Assembly: GCA_000092065.1 (NCBI GenBank)
Contig: CP000587.1
Strand: one strand, 5' to 3'
Source: Ostreococcus lucimarinus
Taxonomy: Eukaryota
DNA length: 64,000 nucleotides
This document shows positions 1 to 10,100 of the stretch, piece by piece (the first letter of the stretch is position 1; every line of letters starts with the position of its first letter). The position numbers were made by a program, and so were the translations under genes. The notes beneath the pieces are model-generated. The model ran no database searches. It was not told where the DNA came from and saw only the letters and a program-made list of their open reading frames with translations.

Positions 1-966
1 CTGACGCGTGAACTTCGAGAGGAGGCGGAGGAGGAGGACGAGGCGTCGCTGGAGGAGGATATATCGCGAGAGGAGGCGCTGTCCACGGCGACGGAGATGA
101 TAAAGTCCGTCGCGAACGGGGACGAAGCGCTGGACGCGGCGAGGTTAGGGAGCTTGTTGTGGGCGCTGAGTAACGCGCTATTGGAAGATTTGACGGATAG
201 GGATGATTTGCGAGTGCCGGGAAATTCGCTCGAGACGTTTCCGGTGGAATTGGTGCGAGATATCATGGCAAACATCGAAACCTTGGTGATTGCGTTGACG
301 TTTGAACCCGAAGACGCCGTGACGCAGCGAAGCGGACAAAAGATTCCGGCGATTGGGTCCCATCGCGTCGCGGCGGCGGAGATTTTGGCCGTGCTCTTGC
401 AAATCGGATGTCAAGACATCGATGAGCGCATCGCAAAGCTCAAGCTTCCGAGCGACGGTCAGTTTGTCCTCGTGTCGCTCGTGCGCATGTTTTTCAAGTA
501 CAATTGGAGTTCGGCTCTGCACGCGACGGTGATTCGTTTGATTCTCGCCGCGTTGGTGAGCCCACATGAACCGCTGTGGGCGCCGATGTTTGAAGGCGGT
601 GAAGAGAGTCTTCAAGGCTCGCTCGCGAAATCCATCAAGGAAGCGTTGGCGACCAAGCCGATTTCAACGCGTCTGGGGAACGTGGGGAGTGTGATCATCT
701 TGGCCAACGCGCTTTGTGAACTCGAAGCGTGCGACGACGTCGAGCGCGCGAGCGTTCGCACGACGCTGCAAGAGGATCCCGCGTGGCGCGCCACCGTGGA
801 GGGCGAAAACAACAGTTTGGCGAAGCTAAACGAAGAGCAGGCGGGCGGTTTGTGCGGCCCAAAGCCGACAAAGTCGCCCGCGTTCATGGATTCGGGCATG
901 GGCTCCAACGTCATCAGCAGCCAAGAGTTGCTGAGGATGTTGCAACACATCTCGCTCGGACAGTAA
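1..966 (+). CDS. SAPS-domain-like protein (SIT4/PP6 phosphatase-associated regulatory subunit family), C-terminal part; 5' end lies upstream of the window
   Basis: The reading frame is open from position 1 with no stop (in-frame ATG at 97). Motif LVRMFFKYNWSSALHATVIRLILAAL resembles the conserved FFKYPWNNFLH block of SAPS proteins. The rest is helical-repeat-like. Stop at 964-966. Confidence 0.45.
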   Translation: MTRELREEAEEEDEASLEEDISREEALSTATEMIKSVANGDEALDAARLGSLLWALSNALLEDLTDRDDLRVPGNSLETFPVELVRDIMANIETLVIALTFEPEDAVTQRSGQKIPAIGSHRVAAAEILAVLLQIGCQDIDERIAKLKLPSDGQFVLVSLVRMFFKYNWSSALHATVIRLILAALVSPHEPLWAPMFEGGEESLQGSLAKSIKEALATKPISTRLGNVGSVIILANALCELEACDDVERASVRTTLQEDPAWRATVEGENNSLAKLNEEQAGGLCGPKPTKSPAFMDSGMGSNVISSQELLRMLQHISLGQ

Positions 967-1048
967 GGAACGGCGAACGTCTGAACATTCGAACATCGCC
1001 GTCTTTAGTTGAGAATATTGTGAACCACGAACATAGGCTAAAATTTTG

Positions 1049-2371
1049 CTATCGCGCCGCGAGCAACGGCGAGCGCGCCGGCGACTTGAGCGGCGTCTTT
1101 GATTTCGCGAACATCGACGACTGCGCGTGCGAACCGCTCCCATCCGCCTCGACGCGCGTACGCTTCGGCGTGGCTTGTGTCTCTTCAAAGCTCCACAAAC
1201 GTTTCGGCGCGAGTCCGCTCGCGCGCGGCGTCGAGACCGCCGTTTTGCTCGGTGTGGGTGAGAAGAACGACACGAGCGATGCGTACAAAGTGTTCGCCAC
1301 GGGCGTCATCGCCGCTCGCGCCGGCGTCGGCGGCGGTTCGTAGCGGGATGTCCTCTTTCGGGATGTCGACGTCACCGCGGGCGCCGGCGCCGGTTTCGAC
1401 GGGAAGTGCATTTCGCGCAACAGCGAGACGCGTTGGAGATAGGCTTCGATGTTGTCGATTGTCGACCCCGCTTCGCGAATGCACTCCACGGATGAGCTCA
1501 TGTCTTCGGCGGCTCGTATCCACGGCGCTTGCAACGCAAGAATCGCCAAAGAGCTTCGCATGATCGTCTCCCGCGGTTCTCTATCGGCGTCGACGAATAT
1601 CAAATCCCACACCCGCAGCACAATCGGCACCGACGCGCATCCGATCAGCGCGCACATCAACCACCGCGCGGTGAAGTATTTCACCGCCAGCCCCATGGAC
1701 TCGAGCTTCGCGTGCGCCTCGCTCGACACGCACCGAAACCTGTGATCGAGCGTGTCCAAGTCCGCGCGCAGCGACTTCAAACCTTCCGTGAAATACCCCG
1801 CAAACATCACGTTAACCACGACGTGAAGCGTCCAAAACGCGTCCTCCTCCGTCTCCATCACCAACAGCAGAAATCCACCGAGATAATTCATCCCCTGCAC
1901 GTATCCCGCCGCCGCCGACGTCGCCGTCGCTCGCAGCACGCGACGCAACGCCGGAAGCGCGTCGCCCGTCTCCGCGAACCTCGCGTGTTCGGGAAACGTT
2001 CGCGCCAAATCCATCTCAATCTGCGCGTCTCGCGTCGTCGCCGCCGCCGCGTCGTCGCTCAGCTCCGCCGCCCTCAGGTACTCTTCGTACGTCGTGTCGC
2101 TCGCGCGCTTCGCCGCCTCCGCGCCGCTCCACGCGAACCAAAGCCGCGGTCGCGCCTCTCGTCCGACGCCGTTCGCGCGCGCGAACGCGCGGACGAGCTC
2201 GCCGCGCGCGCGCGCGTCGCGGCCGTTCGCGACGAATGCGCGCCAGCGCCGCTCGAGGCGCGCGTCGGATTCGCGGAGCGAGGACGCGACCTCGCGCGAG
2301 GGCTCGCGAGGGAAGCCGAGACGCCACGCGTCGTCGCCGGCGTCGTCGGGCGCCGCGCGGTCGGCGCGCAT
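1049..2371 (-). CDS. TBC-domain Rab GTPase-activating protein
   Basis: ATG verified at 2371-2369 (minus). Contains IEMDLARTFP (IxxDxxR arginine-finger motif) and YVQGMNYL (YxQ glutamine-finger motif), and the overall TBC layout is present. Confidence 0.75.
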   Translation of the reverse strand: MRADRAAPDDAGDDAWRLGFPREPSREVASSLRESDARLERRWRAFVANGRDARARGELVRAFARANGVGREARPRLWFAWSGAEAAKRASDTTYEEYLRAAELSDDAAAATTRDAQIEMDLARTFPEHARFAETGDALPALRRVLRATATSAAAGYVQGMNYLGGFLLLVMETEEDAFWTLHVVVNVMFAGYFTEGLKSLRADLDTLDHRFRCVSSEAHAKLESMGLAVKYFTARWLMCALIGCASVPIVLRVWDLIFVDADREPRETIMRSSLAILALQAPWIRAAEDMSSSVECIREAGSTIDNIEAYLQRVSLLREMHFPSKPAPAPAVTSTSRKRTSRYEPPPTPARAAMTPVANTLYASLVSFFSPTPSKTAVSTPRASGLAPKRLWSFEETQATPKRTRVEADGSGSHAQSSMFAKSKTPLKSPARSPLLAAR

Positions 2372-2475
2372 CGCGCGCGCGGGTCGCGAGATGGCGATTT
2401 AGGGGAACGAAATCGTGCCGATTCATCTTCGAGCTCGAAACGCGACGCGAACGGGAATGCGAATACAAGGAGGGG

Positions 2476-5193
2476 CTAGCGCGTCGGCGTCGGAGGATCG
2501 AGCGCGGAATCCGTGAGTTTCTGAGCGATGCGCTCGGCGGAAGGCGATGCGGTCGTGAAGGCGGCCCAGGCGTCGGGACCGCGCAGTAATAAGGAATTGG
2601 TGACGACGGCGACGGAGCTCGCCGCCATCATGGCGCCCGCGGCGGAGGGGTTGAGGGTGAAGCCGTATTCGGGGAGCAAGACGCCCGCGGCGAGTGGAAT
2701 GCCGACGGCGTTGTATGCGAGCGCCCAACCGAGGTTCTGGCGAATCTTTCCGAGGGCGTTCTTGCCTAATTGTACGGAATCAGCGACTTGGGAGATGGCG
2801 TCGTTCAGAAGGATGACGCCGGCGGCGTTGCCGGTGGCTTCCATTCCTCGAGACATCGCGATACCGACGTCAGCGGTGACGAGGGCGGGGGCGTCGTTGA
2901 TGCCATCGCCCACCATGGCCACTTTCAAACCCTTGGCGCGAAGCTTTTCGATTTCATTTGCTTTGTCGCCGGGGAGCATGCCGCCGAGTGCAACGCTGTC
3001 GGCGCCCAAGCCGAGCTCGCCCGCGACGGCGGTCACGACGGCTTGTCTGTCGCCAGAAAGAATGTGAACGGTGATTCCGGACTCTTTCAATCGTTGGACC
3101 GTCGCTGCTGCATCTTCACGAATCTCATCCGTGACGGTGAGCATACCCATAACGCCTCGACCTTCGACGCCGACGGCGACGAGCGAGCACGTCTCGCTCT
3201 CCGCCCACGCTTCTTCGAACGAGTCGCTCGACGGTCCGACGCCTCGCACCTTCTCGTCCACCCACGATGGTGCGCCGACGAAAACGCGTTCGCCATTTAC
3301 AGTCGCACTGACTCCACGACCCGGTTCGGTCTCTGACGCCGAAGCCCGCGGGACGGGGGTTAAATTATCCGTCGTCTCGAATCGCAAATCCGCCGCACGC
3401 GCCACCGCCTTGGCGAGCGGGTGCGTCGTCGTTGCCTCTACCGCAGCGGCGACACTTAAAATATTCCAATCATCGTCACCACTCGTAGCGTAGACCGATT
3501 TCAATTTCGGCTTCCCTCGAGTGATCGTGCCCGTTTTGTCCAACACGACGGCGTCGACGCCGGCGATGGTTTCCAGCACGTCGCCGCCGCGGAGGAGGAC
3601 GCCGTTGCGCGCGCCGAGAGATGTCGCCACGAGTACTGCGGTAGGCGTCGCGAGACCAAGCGCACATGGACACGCAACGACGAGGACATCCGTCGCTAAC
3701 TTTATCGGACCCATCCACGGCGCCGCACCGAACGATCCCGCTTCCATGAGCGCGCCCGGAAACATGGCGTCGCCCGCGAGCGTCCAAAACCCAAACGTCG
3801 CCGCGCTGATGCCCATGACGCCGAACACGAACGGGCCCGCGATGGCATCCGCGAGTCTTTGAACCGGTGCCGCGCGCCCTTGCGCTTCCTCGATCGTTCT
3901 CGTGATACCGGCGACGATGGACGAGTCCCCGCTGCTCGTCGCTTGAATCGTGAGTGGGCCCTCGAACACGCCCGTGCCCGCGTTTACGTCGCTCCCTCGC
4001 GTCTTGTAAACCAGCACAGGTTCGCCCGTAAGCGTGGCCTCGTCCACACCCGCGTTTCCGGCGACGACGACACCGTCTACTGGGATAATTTCACCCGGAA
4101 CGACGCGCACTAAATCTCCGGGCTTCACCGCCGCTCTGTCCACGTCGAGCATCACCGAGTGATCGGCGGGATCTTCGCCTTCTTCGCTCGCGCGATCAGG
4201 CACCACTAAGCGCGCATCCAACGGCAGTAGCGAACTTAAAGAACGCAAATCCGCGCTCGCCCGCGCGCGCGCGCGACCTTCCAACGCGCGCCCGAGCAAG
4301 ATGAACGCCATCAACAGCACCGGTTCCTCAAAGAAATCATTCGTCCACTGCCCGTACTCGTTCAGCTGCGGATTCAACGCCCCCGCGGTGGACAACCCAA
4401 ACGCCGCGAGCGAGCCCACGCCGACGAGTGAGTTCATGTTCGGCGCCCCGTTTGCAAACGCCTGCGCGCCTTCTACTAAAATCTTCCGCCCCGGTCCCAA
4501 CAGCGCCCCCATCGCGAGCGTCGCCCCGATCCACGGCTGCGCCAACGCGTTCAAAACCTCCGTGTGCGCGTACTCGTGCAGGCCAAGCGCGTGTAAGTGA
4601 TGTGTCAAATGCGTCCCTAAACACGCCGCCGTCAATCCCCAGGCTTTGTATAAATCCCACTTCGTCCGTTCCATCTCTTCCTCTCGTCGCGCGCTCGCCT
4701 CTCTCGCCGCCGCCTCCGCCGCGCGTCCGAGCTCGCGTCGCGTCATCTTAAATCCCTTCTTCCCTATCTCCGCCACCGCGCTTTCGATCGAAGCGTCTAA
4801 GCTCCCTACTATCATCGACGTCGTTTTAAACCGCACCGCCGCCGTTTCCGTCACTAAATTCACCGCCGCCGCCTCCACGTCGTCTCGCGCGTCGAGCGCG
4901 TTTCGCACCGCCGCGCTGCATCCGCCGCACCGCATCCCTTCGATCGCGAACAGCACCGTCGAACTCGACGACTCGAGCGACGACGCGCTCGACGACGTCG
5001 CCGACGTCTCTTCATCGCGCATCGCGATGGCGCGCGTCGACGCGAACGCGCATCGTCGCGAATCGCCGAGTCGCGCGCGCGTCGAGTTCGACGGTGCGCG
5101 CGCGCGGGCGACGACGCATCGCGCGCGGGAACGCGGACGCGCGAGCGATGCGAGCGCCCGGACGCACGCGCGTTGGCACGCGACGCGCGGCAT
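2476..5193 (-). CDS. Copper-transporting P1B-type ATPase (PAA1/PAA2, HMA6/8-like, probable chloroplast transit peptide)
   Basis: HMA metal-binding motif GMRCGGCSAAV, CPC transmembrane metal site, DKTGTIT phosphorylation site, GDGINDAPAL hinge. N-terminus is S/R/A-rich. The track start at 5256 is TTG; the first in-frame ATG is at 5193-5191. Confidence 0.9.
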   Translation of the reverse strand: MPRVACQRACVRALASLARPRSRARCVVARARAPSNSTRARLGDSRRCAFASTRAIAMRDEETSATSSSASSLESSSSTVLFAIEGMRCGGCSAAVRNALDARDDVEAAAVNLVTETAAVRFKTTSMIVGSLDASIESAVAEIGKKGFKMTRRELGRAAEAAAREASARREEEMERTKWDLYKAWGLTAACLGTHLTHHLHALGLHEYAHTEVLNALAQPWIGATLAMGALLGPGRKILVEGAQAFANGAPNMNSLVGVGSLAAFGLSTAGALNPQLNEYGQWTNDFFEEPVLLMAFILLGRALEGRARARASADLRSLSSLLPLDARLVVPDRASEEGEDPADHSVMLDVDRAAVKPGDLVRVVPGEIIPVDGVVVAGNAGVDEATLTGEPVLVYKTRGSDVNAGTGVFEGPLTIQATSSGDSSIVAGITRTIEEAQGRAAPVQRLADAIAGPFVFGVMGISAATFGFWTLAGDAMFPGALMEAGSFGAAPWMGPIKLATDVLVVACPCALGLATPTAVLVATSLGARNGVLLRGGDVLETIAGVDAVVLDKTGTITRGKPKLKSVYATSGDDDWNILSVAAAVEATTTHPLAKAVARAADLRFETTDNLTPVPRASASETEPGRGVSATVNGERVFVGAPSWVDEKVRGVGPSSDSFEEAWAESETCSLVAVGVEGRGVMGMLTVTDEIREDAAATVQRLKESGITVHILSGDRQAVVTAVAGELGLGADSVALGGMLPGDKANEIEKLRAKGLKVAMVGDGINDAPALVTADVGIAMSRGMEATGNAAGVILLNDAISQVADSVQLGKNALGKIRQNLGWALAYNAVGIPLAAGVLLPEYGFTLNPSAAGAMMAASSVAVVTNSLLLRGPDAWAAFTTASPSAERIAQKLTDSALDPPTPTR

Positions 5194-5437
5194 CGGACGA
5201 GCGACGCGTGATGACGATGATTGATGGGCGATCGGACGGCGAGGCGACGACGGCAAGCGCGGCGACGACGCGCGAGGACGACGCGCGGGAGACGGCCCGA
5301 GAGCGCCGCGCGTGAACGCAGCGATACGATTATAATACGTGTATTAAATACCTCGCGCGCGCGCGTCGGCGCGCGTGCGACGAAAATATTGTTCTTCGTC
5401 GCGAGAAGTCTTCTCGCCGCTCTCGCCAAATCTAAGC

Positions 5438-6271
5438 CTAGTCGTCGTCTTCTTGGGAAAAAGACTTTTCGAAATGGGAAACTACGCCGTCCGCTACCAT
5501 GAAAGTGATGGCTTGTCCGGGGGGGATGCGCATCAACCTCGGTAGCAGCCCCTTCCACATCGCCAACATCCCCTCTTCCTTCGGAATGAGATACAACGCG
5601 TGCAGGAAAGATTTGTACTTGATGACGCCCGCTTTGCTCTGCGCCATGAGACGCGTCTTCACGACGTCGAACGGTCCCGTGGCGACCGGCCCAATCGTCG
5701 CCGCCAACCCACCGGAAATTAAAGATTGCACCGGATGCAACGCCATGCCATCGCCGTCGTGTTTCCCCCACAAGAATGAGTCGACGTGCGCCTTGGCGGT
5801 GAACAGACACATTTGGTTCGTTCCGTTTCGCGCGATGGTCGGCCCCGCGCCGTTCCACATCGCCATCACACCCTCTTCCTTCATGATCGTTCGCGCGGCG
5901 TGTAACGTGCCTTTGTACTTCAAGTTCACGCTCCCCTTTTGTTGCTGCAAGCGAATCTTCACCACCTCAAACGGGGTCACGATGCACAGCGCCTCGACGA
6001 CGCCCGCGCCGAACCCCGCCGCCATGCGCTTACCCGTCGTCAATTTCCCCTCCTCGTCCCTCAGCGCCGCCTGAAAAGTCGCGTTCGTGCCCATTCGCAG
6101 CATGTACTTAAAGCACAAGTGCGTCGCGAACGCATTCAACCCCTTCCAAAGCGCCCCCACGCCTTCCTCGGCGTGAATCTTCTTGAAGCAGTCCACCACG
6201 CCCTTGTATTGCCCCGACTTATCCAACTGCAACCGCGTCTTCACCACGTCCACCGGTTGCAGGCAGCACGC
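5438..6271 (-). CDS. Mitochondrial carrier family protein, exon 2 (2-oxodicarboxylate carrier ODC/SLC25A21-like)
   Basis: Three carrier signatures PVDVVKTRLQ, PFEVVKIRLQ, PFDVVKTRLM. C-terminal EGMLAMWKGLLPRLMRIPPG resembles ODC. The exon begins immediately after a ttttgcag acceptor (plus 6272-6279, complemented). The track start TTG at 6277 is not a real start. Confidence 0.8.
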   Translation of the reverse strand, partial: ACCLQPVDVVKTRLQLDKSGQYKGVVDCFKKIHAEEGVGALWKGLNAFATHLCFKYMLRMGTNATFQAALRDEEGKLTTGKRMAAGFGAGVVEALCIVTPFEVVKIRLQQQKGSVNLKYKGTLHAARTIMKEEGVMAMWNGAGPTIARNGTNQMCLFTAKAHVDSFLWGKHDGDGMALHPVQSLISGGLAATIGPVATGPFDVVKTRLMAQSKAGVIKYKSFLHALYLIPKEEGMLAMWKGLLPRLMRIPPGQAITFMVADGVVSHFEKSFSQEDDD

Positions 6272-6505
6272 CTGCAAAATTCGCCGCGCTCGCGCGCGTT
6301 TCGTCAGTCTCGTCGTCGAGGCGTTCGATCGTCGTCATCGCTCGATCGCCCTCCGCGCGTCCGCGCCTCGGGGTCCCGTCCCGCGCGTCCCGCCCGTCCC
6401 GTCCCGCGTCGACCCCGTCGAGCGCTCGCGTCGATTCGCCGCGCTCGACCGCGCCGCGCGCCGTCAAAATTCGCGCCATCGCCCGTCGTCGCGCGCGTCT
6501 CGCAC
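6272..6505 (-). other. Spliceosomal intron (234 nt, GT-AG) of the mitochondrial carrier gene
   Basis: Donor GAG|gtgcgag (exon 1 last base at plus 6506) and acceptor ttttgcag|GCG (exon 2 first base at plus 6271). Splicing joins ...GSFGGVIE to ACCLQPVDVVKTRLQ. This restores the canonical helix-1 G..G..E motif plus the Px[DE]xx[KR]x[KR] spacing, in frame. Confidence 0.7.
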
Positions 6506-6664
6506 CTCGATGACGCCTCCGAACGATCCCGACACGCCCTTGACGAGCGGCAGCAGCGCGGCGGCCCGCGCCGCGCTCCGTTTCTCCGTTCGTTCGCTCG
6601 CGCTCGCCGCGCCGCGGAGCCGGCGCAGCGCCGGGACGTCGTACGCGTTCGCGGGCGCGGGCAT
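6506..6664 (-). CDS. Mitochondrial carrier family protein, exon 1 (53 codons from ATG)
   Basis: ATG at 6664-6662 (minus). Encodes MPAPANAYDVPALRRLRGAASASERTEKRSAARAAALLPLVKGVSGSFGGVIE. Exactly 159 nt up to the GT donor. Supplies the first transmembrane helix that is missing from exon 2. Confidence 0.6.
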
Positions 6665-7135
6665 GGCGCGCGCGAGCGCTTCGATCGCGTCCGGCGCGCG
6701 CGCGAGTGCGGCGGCGCGTTTGAATTTAAATGATTCATCGTCAGCTGGCGCGCGATGATCGACGGCAGAGCGCGACGCGCGGCGCGGCGCCGGACGCGGG
6801 CGCGACATGGCGCGAGGCGCGACGCGGAGCGAGGGTCACGGCGCGAACGGCGCGCGAACGGCGCGAACGACGGCGATGGAGGGGATTCTGAGAGCGCTGA
6901 GCGGGGCGAAGGCGCAGACGAACGCGCGCGAGGGCGACGGCGGCGATGGCTTCGCCGCGAATCTGCGCGCGCAGCTGCCGGCGCTGATGTCGGTGATAAA
7001 TCCCACGAACGGTGCGCGCGCGCGACGGCGGTTCGAGCGCGGGACGAGAGCGACGACGCGGTGGAGGCGCGCGAGGCGATCGAACGCGAGACTGACGAGA
7101 AACGCGCGGGACGCGACGAACGACGCGCAGTGTGC

Positions 7136-10100
7136 ATGGAGGAGAACGAGGTGAAACAAGCGCTGGCGCTGCTGAAGGGGGCGCTGAAAAAACATCCAGG
7201 AGCGTTCGCGCTCGGGGCGGGGACGTCGGCGGTGAGGGTGTTCGCGAACGTCTTCGCGTTGTCGGCGGTTTCGGACGCGAGCGCAGAGTTTCACGAACAA
7301 GTGCACTCGGTGTTGTACGCGTTGATGTCCGTGGCGTCGAAGAGCGATTTGGTTGGGATGCATGAGTTGTGTAAGGGGTGCGTGGAGCTCGCGAGCGATT
7401 CGAAGAGGGTGTTGGAGTTGTTTCCGGGGAAGCGGTACGGGGGCGAATTCGGCGCGGCGGACGACGATTTCGAAGACGAAGCGAGTCGTGAAACGATCGT
7501 GTTGTGTTGCTTCGACACCGCGCTGGCGCACGTGAAGCGAAGCGAAGAGACGAGTGGGCGGAATGGTGAGGCGGGAACGAACGGTTTGTCGTCGTCCACG
7601 AGCACGGGGCTGATGATTGAAGTGCAGAGTTTGGAGTGCGCGATGAACGTCACGAACACGGCGTGCAAACTCTTGGAGTGCGCGTTGTTGACGAATCCTC
7701 AAAACGTCGCACCGTTAACGACAAGTGAGTTGTTGTTCACGCTCTCGCGCTTGCTCGTCATCGGCTCGCGAGACGTGCAGCTCTCCGCCGCGGCGGTGCT
7801 GAAGAATCTCATAGCGGACATTCCAATAGTGCTGGTGCCGTGCGACACCATTTTAGCCGCGATCGCAACGTTGCTCACGGGGCGATCGCTACGACGCGAC
7901 GATAAAGTCATTTTAGAGTTGGTATACGCGCTGAAAGAACTCGCGGGTGAGGATGTCTTGCGAAAGCACGTAAACGTGTTGGCGACGTCCATACTGACTG
8001 CGATCGAATCGGCGCGCGATGAATCCGTTCGCGCAGTCCTTTTCGACGTGCTTCGGATGTGTCTGTTGATGCGACCTTCGTTGGCAATCCAGGCAATAAC
8101 TCTGCTTCCTCATGCGGTGGCGACGAAAGGTTCAGACGCTTTGGTTGAATGCCTGGCGATGGCGTTTTCCAACGCGCGCGAGCAAGACGTCGACGACGAG
8201 GACGAGGTTGAAAAACGCTCCAGACTGAACGAAGGTGAAGGTGAAGACGTGCACACGGTGACGTTCGATTACGACACTCGATCGGAGTGGATCGAAAGTT
8301 GCATCGTAACGTCAATGGAGTTTTTAGGTGGCCCAGACTCTGCATACGCGAGAGAGGGCGGTGGCAGTCAGTTGCAACGTGCCGACTCAATGGAATTAGA
8401 AAACTCGCTTCGGGATTCCGCGCCGAGCGAGTACCAACGAATTTTAGCGATCTCGGTGATCGTGCGTTCTATCGCTGCATCAACGGGATCTATGCGTATT
8501 CGACGCATCGCCGCACAAGTTACGTATAAATGGCTCGGATGGATTCGAGCGTATGATGGCGACGCTTCGGACGCGCCAACGACGCGCATGTACGCGCTCC
8601 TCGCCGAGGCTGCGAACTGTCTAGTAAACGTTCAAACAGATAAAGAGAACAAGGCTCCACCACTGTTGAGCACGAAAGACATTTCTTTAGATATTTTGAC
8701 TTGGCCGTGGACTTCGATCGCAAAGAGAGACCCGAGCGCTCTGCTCGACGACGAGACGATTGAAGGCGATCGAATGGCGAAACTCGCCGCTCTTAATCTC
8801 GCAGTTTCTCTCGCATCATCGGAAACTTCGGGGGAAAAGGTGAGCTCTGAAGCAGCTCGGCAAGTTCTCACGAGAGCCTTTGCGGATCAGGATGCAGGCG
8901 TTCGCTCGTCAGCAGCAATTGCGGTGTCTTTCGTGCACGTCCTCGCGTCCAATCCGCCCTCGGGTATCGGCGCTTTGCAGCGTCTCAGCTCGTTGAAGGA
9001 TGCCAAAGAGATCTCAGTGCGGAATGCATTTGCGACCGCACTCGGGGGGCTCGCTGCCGCCGGGGTTTTGCATGGTATTCAGAAAGCTGCCGGAAATGAA
9101 GCGATACGCAACGCCGCGAGACTTCACGGTAACAGAGCCGTCACCGCGGCGTTCAAGACGTGCAGCCACGAACTTGGGAGCGATGAAGCAAAGAATGCGA
9201 TGAAACTTCTCGCAGACTCTATGCAGGCGTTTCATGAAGTCGTAAAGCGAGAGGTCATTAAAGCTGTGCACTCAATCGACGGTGATGACGTCGCCGCCGG
9301 CGCGCCAAAGACACCCGGAAAGTTTAACAGAAACAAACGACGTCTCACTGCGGGTACGCCAAATGCAAATAGGCAAAGGAGTGACGCGCAGAAGGCGCCT
9401 TCACTGAATGCGGCGTTGACTCTGCAAGATTTAAACAGCGCAGGACAGCTTGAAGGCGTTATTTTAGATCGTGCCGATCCAGACGGTTTGGTCGCCGCGA
9501 GCGGTTTGCGTTCGTTGCGCTACGTGTTTGAGATTTTCAGCGCGGCGGGAGATTTTACCGAAGATGGTGAAACATTGAAAGGTGCCCGTGCGCTCGCGCA
9601 AGCGGCGTTGAGAACTGCACATCACAAGTCGCCGCACGTTCGCGAAGCGTTATGCGAAGCGGCGTCTGCGATCGTCTCTGATGATATCTTGCTCGAGATG
9701 GCGCCGCCAAAGAATGAGCGTCCCGAGGATCGAAGGCGCAGTAGTAGTGCGGCGTTACTTCACGCGGAGGCTGTGGTTAACGCCCAACTCACGTCAGGTC
9801 TTCAAATTCTCCGCAACTTGAAGGAAAGCATAGACACTGCCCCAGATTCATTCATTAAGGAGTCCACGCTGCGAACGTTTGCCGCGGTGGCAGAAACTTT
9901 GACGATTCCGGGTGCGACTTCGGCAGCCGTCATCGTGTACTTCAAAAACATTATCGACATGGATCTCACCGCGCAAAACTGTGCGATTTACTTATTGCGG
10001 CGTCTTGCAAAAAAGCGTCAAGTTCGAACGAGAGAGTTATTGTTTGGCGTTCAGGACGTTGCGGCGCAAATTGGCACGTTACTTCCGCTTCACGAGCACT

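Noticed and set aside
1529-2479. 316-aa plus-strand ORF antisense to the TBC Rab-GAP gene
   Set aside because: His/Arg/Gln-rich junk translation. The TBC motifs are on the minus strand.
5333-5346. Short palindrome aatacGTgtatt in the Cu-ATPase upstream AT-rich patch
   Set aside because: Only 5-bp arms. This is expected by chance in an AT-rich promoter segment, so it is mentioned only as possible TATA-region context.
4860-6733. 332-aa minus and 264-aa plus ORFs overlapping the Cu-ATPase 5' end and the carrier gene
   Set aside because: Low-complexity Arg-rich translations antisense or out of frame to two well-supported genes.
6304-7702. Cluster of 115-288-aa ORFs on both strands between the carrier exon 1 and the ATR start (6304-7137, 6807-7154, 6836-7702)
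   Set aside because: Translations are Arg/Ala/Pro-rich low-complexity sequence. The region is better explained as carrier intron and exon 1 plus ATR 5' region.
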